Shown here: positions 45,353-56,452 of the stretch, piece by piece
Numbering within the stretch: the first letter of the stretch is position 1
Layout of the letters: each line of letters begins with the position of its first letter
From: Deinococcales bacterium
GTDB taxonomy: Bacteria; Deinococcota; Deinococci; Deinococcales; JAAFIG01
Length of the DNA stretch: 64,000 nt
Direction: 5' to 3'
NCBI GenBank assembly: GCA_031414595.1
Contig: JANNVX010000014.1
Span: forward strand, 32,001 to 96,000
Notes under the pieces: model-generated
Databases searched by the model: none
The model's input: the letters and a program-made list of their open reading frames with translations, nothing else
What the model was told of the DNA's origin: nothing
Translations under genes and position numbers: made by a program

Positions 45353-46726
45353 TTAAGCCCTGCGTTCTTTAACCGCGTGGGCGCTATAGCCAAATTGCGG
45401 CAAACTGCTCTGGGCATTCTCGAGAATCACCCTTGCCAGTTCGCCTAGATTCTTGCCACCAGAGCGCACATCCATTTTTAGGTCTTGGCGTAAGTTGGTT
45501 AAACTTATATCGTCGAGCATTAACTCTGTGCCGTAACGAAGGGTGCTTGGGCTGACAACCAGCAGGTCAGCTTCGGATGCCTCGATATTCTCGAGAAAAC
45601 ACCGCCCAGTCAGCAATCCCGCCACGGTAGTGACTGTCCCAAAGGTCTTATTCTCTAATGCCCGAACCTCTAAGTGTAAGCCGCGCACTGCCCGAAGCGG
45701 CTCGAGGGCTAAGTCCAGAATCGGCGCAAAGAGCTTGCCTGTACCCAAAATCACTTTTGTTCCCGGTACGGCTTTGGGTAAGGGTGGTAACTCGCCACTT
45801 AAAAAATCCCTGACCATGCCGACACCGTTCTCGAGCATCGGGTAGCCTTCATACGCCTCTTCGGGTGGCAAAGGTTCGCCAGCCAGAATATAAAATTCAT
45901 CGGATGGGAAAATAAAGCGTGTACCGCGTTCTGTAAACATTTTCTTTTGCCACTTGTGGGCGATTCGCAGCACATCGGCAGCTTCTTCGCGGTTAAATGG
46001 GCGCAAGGAGGGCAAATTCTTACGGTGGTCGGTTAATCCAAGCGGCACACAGGCAACCGACAGCACATTGGGTAAGCTCGAGAGATACTCAAGGCTTTCC
46101 TCGAGATGCACCCCATCGTTGCGGTTTGGCAGCAGCACCAATTGGGTGTAGAGGTCTATGGATTCTAAACGTTTTAGGGTGTCTTGAATTTTGGTACTTT
46201 CGGGGTCTTTGACTTTTAAGCGCCACCATTTCATCATGTCGGCACGAAGCGCTTGGTCGGTGCTGTGAACCGAAACATAAAGCGGCGAGAGGTTCTCGGA
46301 TAAAATTCGGTCAAAATCATGTTCTGATAAATTGGTCAGGGTCACGAACGAACCGTATAAAAACGACAAACGGTAATCGTCATCCATCACATACAGGCTC
46401 TTGCGAAAGCCTTTAGGCATCTGATGCACATAGCAAAATTCGCATTTGTTGGCACAGATTTTAATGCCGTCAAATAGAACATCAGAAAACTCGAGACCGG
46501 GGTCTTCCCAAGAGACCGCAAAATGCAGACTCGAGCCGTCGGTGCGCTGTACCTCGAGGGTTACATCGCCAATCTCGAGTTCACGGCGATACGCCAGAAT
46601 ATCGGTAATGGCTTTATTGTTGACCCGAATCAGTGAATCACCTGCTTGGACACCCGCTTTTTGGGCAGCCGAATCGGGTTCGACCCTCGAGACCAGCGCT
46701 GGATAGAGTGTTTCTAGGGACATCAT
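45353..46726 (-). CDS. PDZ / radical SAM-like DUF512 family protein
   Basis: CANKCEFC, DDDYRLSFLYG, LENGVG. Confidence 0.88.
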   Translation of the reverse strand: MMSLETLYPALVSRVEPDSAAQKAGVQAGDSLIRVNNKAITDILAYRRELEIGDVTLEVQRTDGSSLHFAVSWEDPGLEFSDVLFDGIKICANKCEFCYVHQMPKGFRKSLYVMDDDYRLSFLYGSFVTLTNLSEHDFDRILSENLSPLYVSVHSTDQALRADMMKWWRLKVKDPESTKIQDTLKRLESIDLYTQLVLLPNRNDGVHLEESLEYLSSLPNVLSVACVPLGLTDHRKNLPSLRPFNREEAADVLRIAHKWQKKMFTERGTRFIFPSDEFYILAGEPLPPEEAYEGYPMLENGVGMVRDFLSGELPPLPKAVPGTKVILGTGKLFAPILDLALEPLRAVRGLHLEVRALENKTFGTVTTVAGLLTGRCFLENIEASEADLLVVSPSTLRYGTELMLDDISLTNLRQDLKMDVRSGGKNLGELARVILENAQSSLPQFGYSAHAVKERRA

Positions 46727-46797
46727 TTGTACACTGTACTTCAATGCTCTAGGGCAGTGTGACGTATGCTCCAAGGCAGTGTAACGTATGCTAGGGC

Positions 46798-47904
46798 ATG
46801 AAATTATCTGGTCAGATTCTCACCCCCAGAGGTTGGCACAGTGGCGAACTTGAATTCGATACTCGGATTCTTGGGATTCGCTCCAAATTAAATGCCCCCA
46901 ACCGATTTATTGTCCCCGGATTTATAGATGTCCATGTGCATGGCGGTGGTGGCGGCGACACCATGGACGGACTAGAGGGCATTAAGAAACTGGCAGCATA
47001 TCATGCCCAGCACGGCACAACTGCACTTTTAGCGACCACCATCACCAATCCTTGGAAAAATGTTTTAAGCGCCTTAAAAAATATCCATAAAGCCATGCAA
47101 GCCCCCCATTGGACTGGCTCGAGAATTCTTGGGGCGCATTTAGAAGGTCCTTTTATTTCTCCACATAAACTTGGGGCGCAACCGCCATTTGCAATCCACC
47201 CAACTCCTGAACGGGTAAGCGCGGTACTCGAGCGACAAGTGGTTAAAGTCGTGACCCTTGCGCCTGAACTGCCCCATGCGCTTGAGGCAACTCAAATGTT
47301 TCTCGAGGCTGGGGTGCGGGTCAGTTTAGGACACACGATTGGCACAAGCGAAGATGCAAGTCATATTTTTGAACTTGCCAGCCAATTAAAACGCGCTACA
47401 CAAATCAGTGGCACACATTTATACAACGCCATGGGCGGACTCGAGGGACGCAAGCCCGGGGTGCTGGGTGCGCTGCTTGGTAATCCCAATGCCTACGGCG
47501 AAGTGATTCTGGATTTTCTGCACGTTCACCCCTCGAGTTTCCGAGCGGCTTTTTTTGCCAAACCAGAAAAACTGATGCTGATTACCGATGCAATGCGGGC
47601 ATCGGGAATGCCAGACGGACAGTACGACCTTGGTGGACAAATGGCGAGGCTCGAGAATGGCGCAGTCAAACTGCCAGACGGCACACTGGCAGGCAGTGTT
47701 CTGACCATGCTTGGTGCAGTCCAGAACGCGGTCAGGGCTGGTCTGGCGCTCGAGGTGGCAGTTAAACTGGCTTCCAGCCATCCTGCCCAGTATTTAGGGC
47801 TAACCGACTGCGGCAAAATTGCTAAGAATGCTCGAGCCGATTTGGTGGTGCTGAACGAAGATTTAAGCCTCGAAGCGGTTTATATTGATGGGCAAAAAGT
47901 ATAA
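46798..47904 (+). CDS. nagA: N-acetylglucosamine-6-phosphate deacetylase
   Basis: PGFIDVHVHG, HLEGPF, THLYNAM, LITDAM, LAGS. Confidence 0.95.
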   Translation: MKLSGQILTPRGWHSGELEFDTRILGIRSKLNAPNRFIVPGFIDVHVHGGGGGDTMDGLEGIKKLAAYHAQHGTTALLATTITNPWKNVLSALKNIHKAMQAPHWTGSRILGAHLEGPFISPHKLGAQPPFAIHPTPERVSAVLERQVVKVVTLAPELPHALEATQMFLEAGVRVSLGHTIGTSEDASHIFELASQLKRATQISGTHLYNAMGGLEGRKPGVLGALLGNPNAYGEVILDFLHVHPSSFRAAFFAKPEKLMLITDAMRASGMPDGQYDLGGQMARLENGAVKLPDGTLAGSVLTMLGAVQNAVRAGLALEVAVKLASSHPAQYLGLTDCGKIAKNARADLVVLNEDLSLEAVYIDGQKV

Positions 47905-47932
47905 AAAAGCCGAAGGTATTGCCTTCGGCTTT
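47903..47932. terminator. Bidirectional terminator
   Basis: AAAGCCGAAGG-TATTG-CCTTCGGCTTT. Confidence 0.8.
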
Positions 47933-47939
47933 GATTGTT

Positions 47940-50633
47940 TTAGAACGGAAAACCAAGTCTAAAGTAGAACTTACCGCCCGGATTCCAAGCACTCCAACCA
48001 TAATCTAAGCGAATCGCAGGGAGTTGAATACCCCCAAAGCCGAGGTTGATTTGCACCCCGAGACCATAACCAAATTGCACCCCAAAAGGAATTTTTGTTC
48101 CAGCCCGGTCAGCCCTGAATTGACTATCGCCGCCCCAAGCGTTACCAAAATCTACCCAAACAATGCCGAGTAAACCATACGTAAAAGCGGTTTGTAATCC
48201 AAAATCAAAACGTAACTCGAGTGAACCGGTGTAGTAAATATCGCCGCGTAAATCACCAAAGTCAAAACCACGTAAGTTAATCGCTTCAGAAGCAGTTGCG
48301 CCACCGATGCTAAAGATTCGGCTGCTTGGGGCTGACCCAAAGAGCGCCCCGGCGTTGAACCTAAAAGCCAGCGCAAAGTTACGGTCATCGCCACCAACGC
48401 CAAATTTGCCTTGTGAATCCCAACCTAGCCCAAGGTAGGTGCGAAAACCAAATGTGCCTTGGGTCCAAGATAAGGGGCGCGGCAATGCACCGGGCAGGGT
48501 TGAATCTATGCGGTCAGTGCCAAAACCATACCCAAGGCTACCTTGAACCAGCCAGCCTTGGGTCGGGAAATCCTCACGGTTTTTGGTGTTGAATTCACCC
48601 GATAAACTGACATAAGCGGTTAAATTATTCAGTGGCACACCTTGAGCAGTACCTGCTCGAGCATCCACGGCGGCTTGGTTATTGGTGTTGTTGAATGGCT
48701 TTGTACCGACATCTCCGGGGGTCTCGAGGAAATTTTGTTCGTACTGGAAATCAAAGGCAATCCGAATTGTGAAGTTACTAAAAAGTTGTCTGCCCAAGCT
48801 GATTCCAGCCCCAGTGTTGCGGGTACTAAAATAACGAGGACCTTCGTTGATGTTAGCCGTGGTTGGTAAATCTAAAAAAGTACGGGTGAATTCGACGACC
48901 CGCTTAGAAGCCACATTGGAGGAAAAATAAACCGATATTTCGGTGCGGTTGGTGGCAAAGTCTAAAAAGTTAAAATCAAGCCAAGGAATTGAGTACGAAA
49001 AACCACCACTGACGACTTGCCCAGCCTCATTGGGTTGGGCTTGAAAAGTCACATTCATGCGGTGTCCTACACCCCAAGCATTGCGCTCGCTGTAGGTCAA
49101 GTTGCCTGCAAAACCGTCTAAGGTCGAAAAAGTTAGACCGGGTAAAACCTCACCTGTGCTGCCTTCCTCGAGTTCAAGCACCAAAATCACTTCTTCGGGT
49201 TTGCCACTTGGGGCGGGTTTAATATCCGGACGAATATCTTTGAGTACCCCTAGGGCTTGGATATTCCGAAAAGAATTGCGAATTTTGTTAAAATCGAGCA
49301 AGCCACCAGCTTTGGGTAATTCACGCAGAATAATTCGGTCTTGGCTGCGGTGCGCGTTACGCCATTTTAATTCGTAACCCACCAGTTTGACCTCGAGAAC
49401 CCGCAATGTATACACACCATCGGCATAACTGACATCGGGTGTACTGACAATCGTGTAGCCAGCCTCGGTGTAGGCTTGGGAAATAGCTGTAAAATCAATC
49501 TCTCTGGCAATTTGGGCATTGTAGGTGTCGCCCAATTTTTGCGTCACCAAACGCCGTATACGGTCTGTCGGGATAACCGTATTGCCCAAAATCCGAATGG
49601 TTTGAATTGGACCTGCGGGGGCATCCTCGATGGTAAAAGTCACGATGACCGAGTTATCACCGCTTGGCTCGAGAACAATCCCGACTTGTTTATCACGTCC
49701 ACGCGCCAAATTACGGGTTTCTTTAATCAGGGTTTGGTAATTAAAAAAGTCGCCCGGTTTTTGCGATAAGGTACTGGGGTCAATGCCAAGGGCGGTGGCA
49801 TCTATGGCGGCAATTTTTAATTCGTTAATGATAATTGTCAGTACACCATTCTCGAGGCTCGATAGTTCGATATTTGGTCCTGAACCAATGTAGCCACGCG
49901 GCGTATTTGCGCCGTACCCTTTTTTGCTGTACAAGTCGTTGACCGCCCGCAGTCCTTGAAAATAAGTGCGAATATCAAATTTACCCGAACTGACCAGCGT
50001 ACTAAACTGAGCAATAACTTCTGCGCTCGGCACAAGGGTCGCGCCAACCGTTTTGACTTCACGCACGGTGGCATTTTCGTTAATTGTGTAAGTGACAATC
50101 ACTTTATTGTCTTTGGGTTTGGACAACTCGAGTTTAATCTCTAAGGTAAACGGAAAACCAATGCTTTGACGGTACACCGCCCCCAACCCAATTCGCGCCT
50201 CCTCGAGCCGAAGATTGCTGACCATCACACCCGCCGTGACATTATAGCGCTGCTCGAGTAAACTTAAAATTTGTTCGCTGGTGACAATCGAATTGCCCTT
50301 GATTTCGACTTTTTCGATTGTAGGATTTGGCGTTACGGTAATTCTTAAAATATTGCGCCCGTTCTCGAGTACCACAGCTACTTTGGTGGTATTGGCTTGA
50401 AAAAAACCTGTGCTTTCGACTTGCCCTTGAATATCGGTGGCAACCACACTTTCTAGAGCATCACCTACCGAAACACCAATCGTGACTTTGATTAAACCGA
50501 CCAAAGAATCGTCCAATATGCCAATACTGCTGACCACCACAATGTCATCAATTTGACCTTTTGGCGTTTGTGCCAAAGCAGAAGTCGAAAAAAAACATAA
50601 ACATAAGAATAAGAACCTTGTTACCAATCGCAT
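47940..50633 (-). CDS. bamA: Omp85/BamA family outer-membrane assembly protein
   Basis: Signal peptide, POTRA-like repeats, LRGF motif, C-terminal barrel ending FRLGFPF. Confidence 0.85.
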   Translation of the reverse strand: MRLVTRFLFLCLCFFSTSALAQTPKGQIDDIVVVSSIGILDDSLVGLIKVTIGVSVGDALESVVATDIQGQVESTGFFQANTTKVAVVLENGRNILRITVTPNPTIEKVEIKGNSIVTSEQILSLLEQRYNVTAGVMVSNLRLEEARIGLGAVYRQSIGFPFTLEIKLELSKPKDNKVIVTYTINENATVREVKTVGATLVPSAEVIAQFSTLVSSGKFDIRTYFQGLRAVNDLYSKKGYGANTPRGYIGSGPNIELSSLENGVLTIIINELKIAAIDATALGIDPSTLSQKPGDFFNYQTLIKETRNLARGRDKQVGIVLEPSGDNSVIVTFTIEDAPAGPIQTIRILGNTVIPTDRIRRLVTQKLGDTYNAQIAREIDFTAISQAYTEAGYTIVSTPDVSYADGVYTLRVLEVKLVGYELKWRNAHRSQDRIILRELPKAGGLLDFNKIRNSFRNIQALGVLKDIRPDIKPAPSGKPEEVILVLELEEGSTGEVLPGLTFSTLDGFAGNLTYSERNAWGVGHRMNVTFQAQPNEAGQVVSGGFSYSIPWLDFNFLDFATNRTEISVYFSSNVASKRVVEFTRTFLDLPTTANINEGPRYFSTRNTGAGISLGRQLFSNFTIRIAFDFQYEQNFLETPGDVGTKPFNNTNNQAAVDARAGTAQGVPLNNLTAYVSLSGEFNTKNREDFPTQGWLVQGSLGYGFGTDRIDSTLPGALPRPLSWTQGTFGFRTYLGLGWDSQGKFGVGGDDRNFALAFRFNAGALFGSAPSSRIFSIGGATASEAINLRGFDFGDLRGDIYYTGSLELRFDFGLQTAFTYGLLGIVWVDFGNAWGGDSQFRADRAGTKIPFGVQFGYGLGVQINLGFGGIQLPAIRLDYGWSAWNPGGKFYFRLGFPF

Positions 50634-50829
50634 GAAGCCTCCAAATAACACTCGAGATGTTGAACGCGTTCGAGTCTCGCGTGTTTTGCTCTTCCTTGCG
50701 TGAAGTGCGTGTGAGAAGCACTAATAAACTTTTCTTAGCGTGCAGCACATGCAACAGCCCAAGAGTTTACCTGAGTCAAAGCACAAAAAGGTGAGCGCCA
50801 ACTCAGACAAACAGGCTAAGATGAAGACC

Positions 50830-51666
50830 ATGAGCCAAAACTATTCTATAGATGAACGAATTAAAAGCATTGTGAGTGCCTACAAAGCCTATTCTACTGA
50901 TGTTCCAGAGATTGCGATTATCCTCGGCAGTGGTTTAGGTCCTCTGGCAGAACAACTCGAGAACCCTGTGATTGTTTCTTACAAAGACTTACCCGGTTTT
51001 CCGATTTCGACCGCCCCCGGTCATGCGGGTAGAGCGGTATTTGGCAATCTCGAGGGCAAACGGGTCTTGGCTTTTCAAGGACGGGTGCATTTATACGAGG
51101 GCTACACCGCCCACGAAGCTGGTATTCCTGTGCGTTTTGCCTACGCGCTCGGCGCAAGAAAAATTATTTTGACCAATGCCTGTGGCGGACTTAACCCCGC
51201 TTGGCAGGCTGGCGAAATAATGCTGCAAACCGATTACATCAATTTTACGGGTACAAACCCTTTGATTGGACACAATGACCCGAATGTTGGCGAACGTTTC
51301 TTACCGATGATGAATGCTTACGACCTCGAGTACCAAAAAATTGCCAAAGCTGCGGCTCGAGCCGAAAATCTAGAACTGCGTGAAGGCACGTATTTAGCCG
51401 TTTCTGGACCGATGTATGCCCCAAAAGCCGAGCTGCGGATGTTCAGGCTTTGGGGAGCAGATGCAATTGGCATGAGTACGGTGCAAGAACTAATTGTGGC
51501 ACACTACCTAAAAATGCGGGTTCTAGGGCTAAGCAGCGTCACCGATATGGCAGTGGCAGACCAAGGCGACCATTCTGGAACAACCGAAGAAAACGTGATT
51601 GCCACTGCCAAAGCCACTGCACCGCGTTTTGAGAAGTTGCTCAGGGCAATTTTACGAACGATGTAA
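50830..51666 (+). CDS. punA: Purine nucleoside phosphorylase (trimeric family)
   Basis: ILGSGLG, GHAG, QGRVHLYEG, TNACGGLN, GMSTV.E; start 50830 inferred. Confidence 0.92.
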   Translation: MSQNYSIDERIKSIVSAYKAYSTDVPEIAIILGSGLGPLAEQLENPVIVSYKDLPGFPISTAPGHAGRAVFGNLEGKRVLAFQGRVHLYEGYTAHEAGIPVRFAYALGARKIILTNACGGLNPAWQAGEIMLQTDYINFTGTNPLIGHNDPNVGERFLPMMNAYDLEYQKIAKAAARAENLELREGTYLAVSGPMYAPKAELRMFRLWGADAIGMSTVQELIVAHYLKMRVLGLSSVTDMAVADQGDHSGTTEENVIATAKATAPRFEKLLRAILRTM

Positions 51667-51839
51667 AATTATTTAGCGGCTTTTTAGTTTTTCATGTCGG
51701 TGACGCGTTTATAGTTAAAAAGAGTGTGAAACACTTAATTCTCGAGAATTCAGAACTCAGAAGTGTGGCTATTTGCCAAAAGCAACACGACGTGAAGAAT
51801 ATCCAATAGAAATTGCACTTGGAGTCTGGCAGACAATAC

Positions 51840-52724
51840 TTATGCTTCGTAGCCCAGAATCTCGAGAATACGGTTTAAGTCTTCTAAGTTATGGTAGTAC
51901 AGTTCTAACTTGCCTTTGTCTTGTCCAACTATTTTGACTTTTGTTCCAGCAATTCGGCTCAGTTCTAATTCCAATTGCCGATGTACCCGTGGTTTCTCGA
52001 GGGCTGCTTGTTTGGCTAGGATTTCTGGTGGTGGTTCGCGTTTTAAGAGTTCGGCTTGACGCACGGTTAAATCCCTAACCACAATTTGTTCCAATGCCCA
52101 GTCACGGTCTACGGCGGGTTGTGCCAATATCGCTCGGGCATGACCAGCGCTGATGCTGCCATCCTCGAGTGCCAGTTGTGCGTCCTTGGTCAGTTGCAGT
52201 AAACGCAGGGCATTGGTGATGGTGCTACGGGCTTTACCAACTGCTTTGGCCACTTCGTCTTGGGTTGTGCCGAGTTCTAAAAGCTGGTTGTATGCCCGGG
52301 CTTCCTCGAGTGCGCCAAGGTCTTCACGTTGCAGGTTTTCGATTAAGGCAATCTCTAAGGTTTCACGGTCGGTTAGTTCACGCACCACAACGGGTACTTC
52401 CTCGAGTCCAGCCCGCATCGCAGCTCGCCAACGGCGTTCACCTGCCACAATTTCAAAACGTTTACCGCGTGGTCGAACCAAAAGCGGCTGCAAGACACCT
52501 TTTTCGCGGATACTGGCGGTCAGTTCTTCAAGGGCAGCTTCGTCAAAATTACTTCGTGGTTGTTTTGGGTTTGGCTCGAGCTGTTTAATCGGCAGTGAAT
52601 TGATGATCTCTTTTTTTTCTTCACCGCTTATTTTGGGAATCAGGGCATCTAACCCTCTGCCTAAGCCACCAGTTTTTGCGGCTTTTACGATTGGTGCTTG
52701 GGGTTGTTCAGAGCTTTTGGACAC
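51840..52724 (-). CDS. parB: Chromosome partitioning protein ParB
   Basis: [28 protein letters not shown]. Confidence 0.97.
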   Translation of the reverse strand: MSKSSEQPQAPIVKAAKTGGLGRGLDALIPKISGEEKKEIINSLPIKQLEPNPKQPRSNFDEAALEELTASIREKGVLQPLLVRPRGKRFEIVAGERRWRAAMRAGLEEVPVVVRELTDRETLEIALIENLQREDLGALEEARAYNQLLELGTTQDEVAKAVGKARSTITNALRLLQLTKDAQLALEDGSISAGHARAILAQPAVDRDWALEQIVVRDLTVRQAELLKREPPPEILAKQAALEKPRVHRQLELELSRIAGTKVKIVGQDKGKLELYYHNLEDLNRILEILGYEA

Positions 52725-53463
52725 GTTGCATCACCTCTTGAGCTAAGCGTTTGTACGCCCCTGCACCACTCGAGATTGGCGCATATTTGTTGATTGTCTG
52801 CCCATAACTCGGAGCTTCGGATAGTTTGACATTGCGTGGAATAACACTCCAAAATACCGAATCGCCAAAATGCTGGCGTACATTTTGTTCGACTTGTTGC
52901 GCCAAATTGGTTCGAGTATCAAACATGGTCACCACGATTCCTAGGGTTTTTAGTTGCGGATTAAGACTTACTTTGATTCGTTCTACCGTGTCAAGCATCC
53001 CAGCAATTCCCTCGAGGGCGTAGTATTCGGCTTGCAATGGAATAATAATCGCATTTGATGCTGTTAATGCGTTAATCGTTAGTGCGCCAAGCGAAGGTGG
53101 TGCGTCTATCAGCACAATATCAAAGTTCTTGAGTTGAGTCAGGACATTTTTTAATTTATTGGGATGGTCGGTCAATTCTACTGTTGCCCCAGCTAAGTCT
53201 GGTGTAGCAGGTAAAACTGATAAGTTTTCTTGCTCGGTTTTTTGAATGGCATTCTCCAAGCTCACATCACCCATCAACACATCGTAAATACCGACTTCGG
53301 CTTTTTGGATACCAAGCCCACTGCTGGCGTTGGCTTGTGGGTCTAGGTCAATTAGCAAGATGCGTTGCCCATGACTGGCAAGATACGCTGCTAAGTTGAC
53401 GGCGGTTGTGGTTTTACCAACCCCACCTTTTTGATTGACCAAACTAATAATTTTAGCTGCCAT
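52708..53463 (-). CDS. parA: Chromosome partitioning ATPase ParA/Soj
   Basis: [30 protein letters not shown]. Confidence 0.97.
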   Translation of the reverse strand: MAAKIISLVNQKGGVGKTTTAVNLAAYLASHGQRILLIDLDPQANASSGLGIQKAEVGIYDVLMGDVSLENAIQKTEQENLSVLPATPDLAGATVELTDHPNKLKNVLTQLKNFDIVLIDAPPSLGALTINALTASNAIIIPLQAEYYALEGIAGMLDTVERIKVSLNPQLKTLGIVVTMFDTRTNLAQQVEQNVRQHFGDSVFWSVIPRNVKLSEAPSYGQTINKYAPISSGAGAYKRLAQEVMQRVQKL

Positions 53464-54047
53464 TATTGTCCTCCGCCGCTTAAGATGACAAAATACGCGC
53501 CATCCTCGAGTTTTGTGGTTGTGATTTGGATTGCTGAATTGAGTTTTTGTAAAGCCTCGGATTCTTGTTTAACACTGTCACCCTTGCGCGTCATGATTAT
53601 CCATTTTCGAGCTAAGTTTGGTTCGACCAGTTTGTAGATTTGTTCTAAACTTCCCAACCAAAGCGCCGTAATCACATCATACTTCTGCTCGAGTTTTCGG
53701 ACATCCCCTTGATAAACACGGCTGTTTGTTAATTTCAGACTCGAGACGACCCGCTCTAAAAAAGCGGCTCGTTTATTGCGAATTTCACATAGGGTGATTT
53801 GAATATCTGGGCGCATAATTGCTATTGGAATGGCTGGAAGCCCAGCACCACTTCCGACATCTAAAACTGTGGCGTTTGGCTCGAGGGCTTCGATAAACGG
53901 CTGGCTGCGTTCAATCCCAATTTCAAATTCGTTTAGCATTTTTGGCGAGCTTAAATCTAGCACTTTGGAGTAATCTTTGACCAAGGCACGGTAATGCTCG
54001 AGTTGTTGTGTACCTCGAGACTGCTCGGGTTGTTCGGTTTTGTTCAT
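53463..54047 (-). CDS. rsmG: 16S rRNA m7G527 methyltransferase
   Basis: [15 protein letters not shown]; position upstream of parA. Confidence 0.88.
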   Translation of the reverse strand: MNKTEQPEQSRGTQQLEHYRALVKDYSKVLDLSSPKMLNEFEIGIERSQPFIEALEPNATVLDVGSGAGLPAIPIAIMRPDIQITLCEIRNKRAAFLERVVSSLKLTNSRVYQGDVRKLEQKYDVITALWLGSLEQIYKLVEPNLARKWIIMTRKGDSVKQESEALQKLNSAIQITTTKLEDGAYFVILSGGGQ

Positions 54048-54409
54048 TGTTCTCCTCGAGTTTCTTGGGTTTGCAGTTCATTTGGTAATTTCGGTAGTTT
54101 ATGGGCGTATTTTTGCCACCACTCGAGAAACTGTCTACGTTTTCGGCTATTGGGCAAATGCTGATAAAAAAGTTCAGTGGCTTTCCAAAGGGCTGCACCG
54201 CGTAGCATCCAAACATAATAGCGCCGTTCGGAATGATTATATGGTCCGTAAATACTACCACCTAATAAGCGATTGAGGCGTTTGAGTGGCTCGGGGTCAT
54301 CTTCTTTTAGACGAAGTTGCAGGGCTGGTTGTTCTTTATCGCCAGTAAACGAGCCTTCGCCAATCATTAGACCCATAATGTACCCCAAATCAAAGTCAGT
54401 TAGTGCCAT
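54044..54409 (-). CDS. Small single-motif LAGLIDADG-family protein
   Basis: LGYIMGLMIGEGSF motif, then L...GG.I...Y.W; overlaps the rsmG start. Confidence 0.75.
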   Translation of the reverse strand: MALTDFDLGYIMGLMIGEGSFTGDKEQPALQLRLKEDDPEPLKRLNRLLGGSIYGPYNHSERRYYVWMLRGAALWKATELFYQHLPNSRKRRQFLEWWQKYAHKLPKLPNELQTQETRGEQ

Positions 54410-54433
54410 AGCTTTAATGTTTACCAGAAAAAC

Positions 54434-54506
54434 AGTTTCTTGTGAAACGTTTTTGTCCTTTTTTATCTGAATACTGTTTTACAGGGAAACAGTTTCTCGT
54501 GAAACA
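54434..54506. promoter_or_regulatory. Two parS-like sites
   Basis: AGTTTCTTGTGAAACG (54434) and AGTTTCTCGTGAAACA (54491) versus consensus TGTTTCACGTGAAACA. Confidence 0.75.
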
Positions 54507-54557
54507 TATTTTAAAAATAGCCAGCATCAAATTATCACTAGGGGCTAAATTCTCGAG

Positions 54558-54747
54558 TTATCCACAGATTTTTAGAGTTATCCACAATTGAACTCGAGTC
54601 TAGCCGCTATTTTTGGTGTAGTTAATCCACAGAACAAGTGGTTTAATTTTAATTTGATTCGTTAAATAAACAATACTTTATAAAATCAATCAAAATTAAA
54701 TCTAAACTTACACTCTCACTAAGACCACTATCACTGGCTGTGGATAA
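54558..54747. promoter_or_regulatory. DnaA boxes in the dnaA promoter region
   Basis: TTATCCACA at 54558 and 54578, TAATCCACA at 54623, TGTGGATAA at 54739. Confidence 0.85.
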
Positions 54748-54766
54748 CGTAATAGAATATGGAATT

Positions 54767-56107
54767 GTGAGTGAACTTGACATTTGGGAGCAAGTAAAGG
54801 ATTACGTCAAACGAAACGTGTCTGACGTGGAATACCACACTTGGTTTACCCGCATTAAACCACAAGGACTCGAGAATGGCACTTATATTCTCGGTGTACC
54901 AAACTCTTTTGCGGCTGATTGGCTTAAACAACACTACTTAAATCTGCTCGAGGAAGCACTGCGCCACATCGGGGCAACCAACCCGAAAATTGCTTTTAAG
55001 GTGCTGCCCAGCACCCCTGAAGCAATGCTGATGCCAGAGCCAAAAGCCAAAGGCAGCAGTCCTACCGCCATTCATGACGACGGACGCTTAAAACTAAATG
55101 TCAAGTACACCTTTGAAAAATTTGTGATTGGACCAAATAACAATTTTGCCCATGCAGCCGCCCTAGCCGTCGCCGAACAGCCCGGAAAAGCCTATAACCC
55201 ACTTTTTATTTATGGTGGGGTCGGTTTAGGCAAAACCCATTTAATGCACGCCGTTGGGCATAGTGTGGCAGAACGCTTTCCTGATAAACGCATCGAATAT
55301 ATCAGCACCGAAACCTTCACCAACGAGCTAATTAACTCGATTCGTGAAGATAAAATGACCAATTTTAAGGACAGATACCGCAGTGTGGACTTGTTAATGG
55401 TAGACGATATTCAGTTTATTGCCGGTAAAGAGCGTACCCAAGAAGAATTTTTTCACACCTTTAATGCCCTATATGAAGCAGGAAAACAAATTATTTTATC
55501 CTCTGACCGCCCTCCCAAAGATATTTTGACGCTCGAGGCAAGACTCCGAAGCCGTTTTGAATGGGGCTTAATTACTGATATTCAAAGCCCAGAATTTGAA
55601 ACCAGAGTGGCGATTTTACGCATGAATAGCGAATACCGACGGGTTTATATTCCCGACGAGGTACTGGAATTTATTGCCAAACAAGTCACCAGTAACATCC
55701 GTGAACTTGAGGGGGCATTGATGCGGGTGATTGCCTTTGCCAGTTTAAACGGGCTTGAAGGCAGTCAGGTCTCGAGGGCAATTGCCGCCAAAGCCCTCAG
55801 TAACGTCTTTACCGAAACCGAAGTCAGTCTCGAGATGCAGGATATTCTCGATACCGTAGCGCTTCATTACAGCATCCCGACCGAGAATCTAAAGTCGGCT
55901 GGTCGTGCCAAAGAAGTGGTCATGCCACGTCAAGTGGCGATGTTTATGATTCGTGAACTGACCAATCACAGTTTGCCCGAAATAGGGGCGTTTTTTGCAA
56001 GAGACCACAGCACCATCCTTTATGGAATTCAAAAGATTACTGAACAAGCCGAACAAGATAACGACCTTCAAGCCAATATCAGGGAGATTCGTGCCAAATT
56101 ATCCTAA
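54767..56107 (+). CDS. dnaA: Chromosomal replication initiator DnaA
   Basis: [38 protein letters not shown]; start 54767 (or 54740). Confidence 0.98.
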   Translation: MSELDIWEQVKDYVKRNVSDVEYHTWFTRIKPQGLENGTYILGVPNSFAADWLKQHYLNLLEEALRHIGATNPKIAFKVLPSTPEAMLMPEPKAKGSSPTAIHDDGRLKLNVKYTFEKFVIGPNNNFAHAAALAVAEQPGKAYNPLFIYGGVGLGKTHLMHAVGHSVAERFPDKRIEYISTETFTNELINSIREDKMTNFKDRYRSVDLLMVDDIQFIAGKERTQEEFFHTFNALYEAGKQIILSSDRPPKDILTLEARLRSRFEWGLITDIQSPEFETRVAILRMNSEYRRVYIPDEVLEFIAKQVTSNIRELEGALMRVIAFASLNGLEGSQVSRAIAAKALSNVFTETEVSLEMQDILDTVALHYSIPTENLKSAGRAKEVVMPRQVAMFMIRELTNHSLPEIGAFFARDHSTILYGIQKITEQAEQDNDLQANIREIRAKLS

Positions 56108-56452
56108 GAAAATCCACCCACAGGCTGTGGATAACCCTGTTCATAACCCTGTGGATAAGCTGTGGATAAGCTGTGGATAAGCTGTGGATAAGTGGAGACT
56201 CGGGAACACCTGTGGATAAGTGCCAAGTTGTTAGACAGTTATCCACAGGACACCCTTAAGTTATCCACAGAATTATCAACAAGCAGAATATCGTGCTAGA
56301 CAATTCAAAAGCCACTTATCCACACTATCCACAGCCCCTATTACTACTACTACTATTTATATAATTTAATCTGTTAGTATTAAACCAGCGCTCCAAAAGT
56401 CTTTGAATTTCAATAAATCAAAGACCAAGCATTCAAAATCGGAGGAATCCAT
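56108..56452. other. Replication origin oriC
   Basis: Nine perfect DnaA boxes plus variants, then GCCCC and (CTA)n trios with an AT-rich DUE at about 56338-56372. Confidence 0.95.

Noticed and set aside
56150-56191. Tandem 11-bp repeat as a CRISPR or VNTR
   Set aside because: The units are DnaA boxes within oriC.
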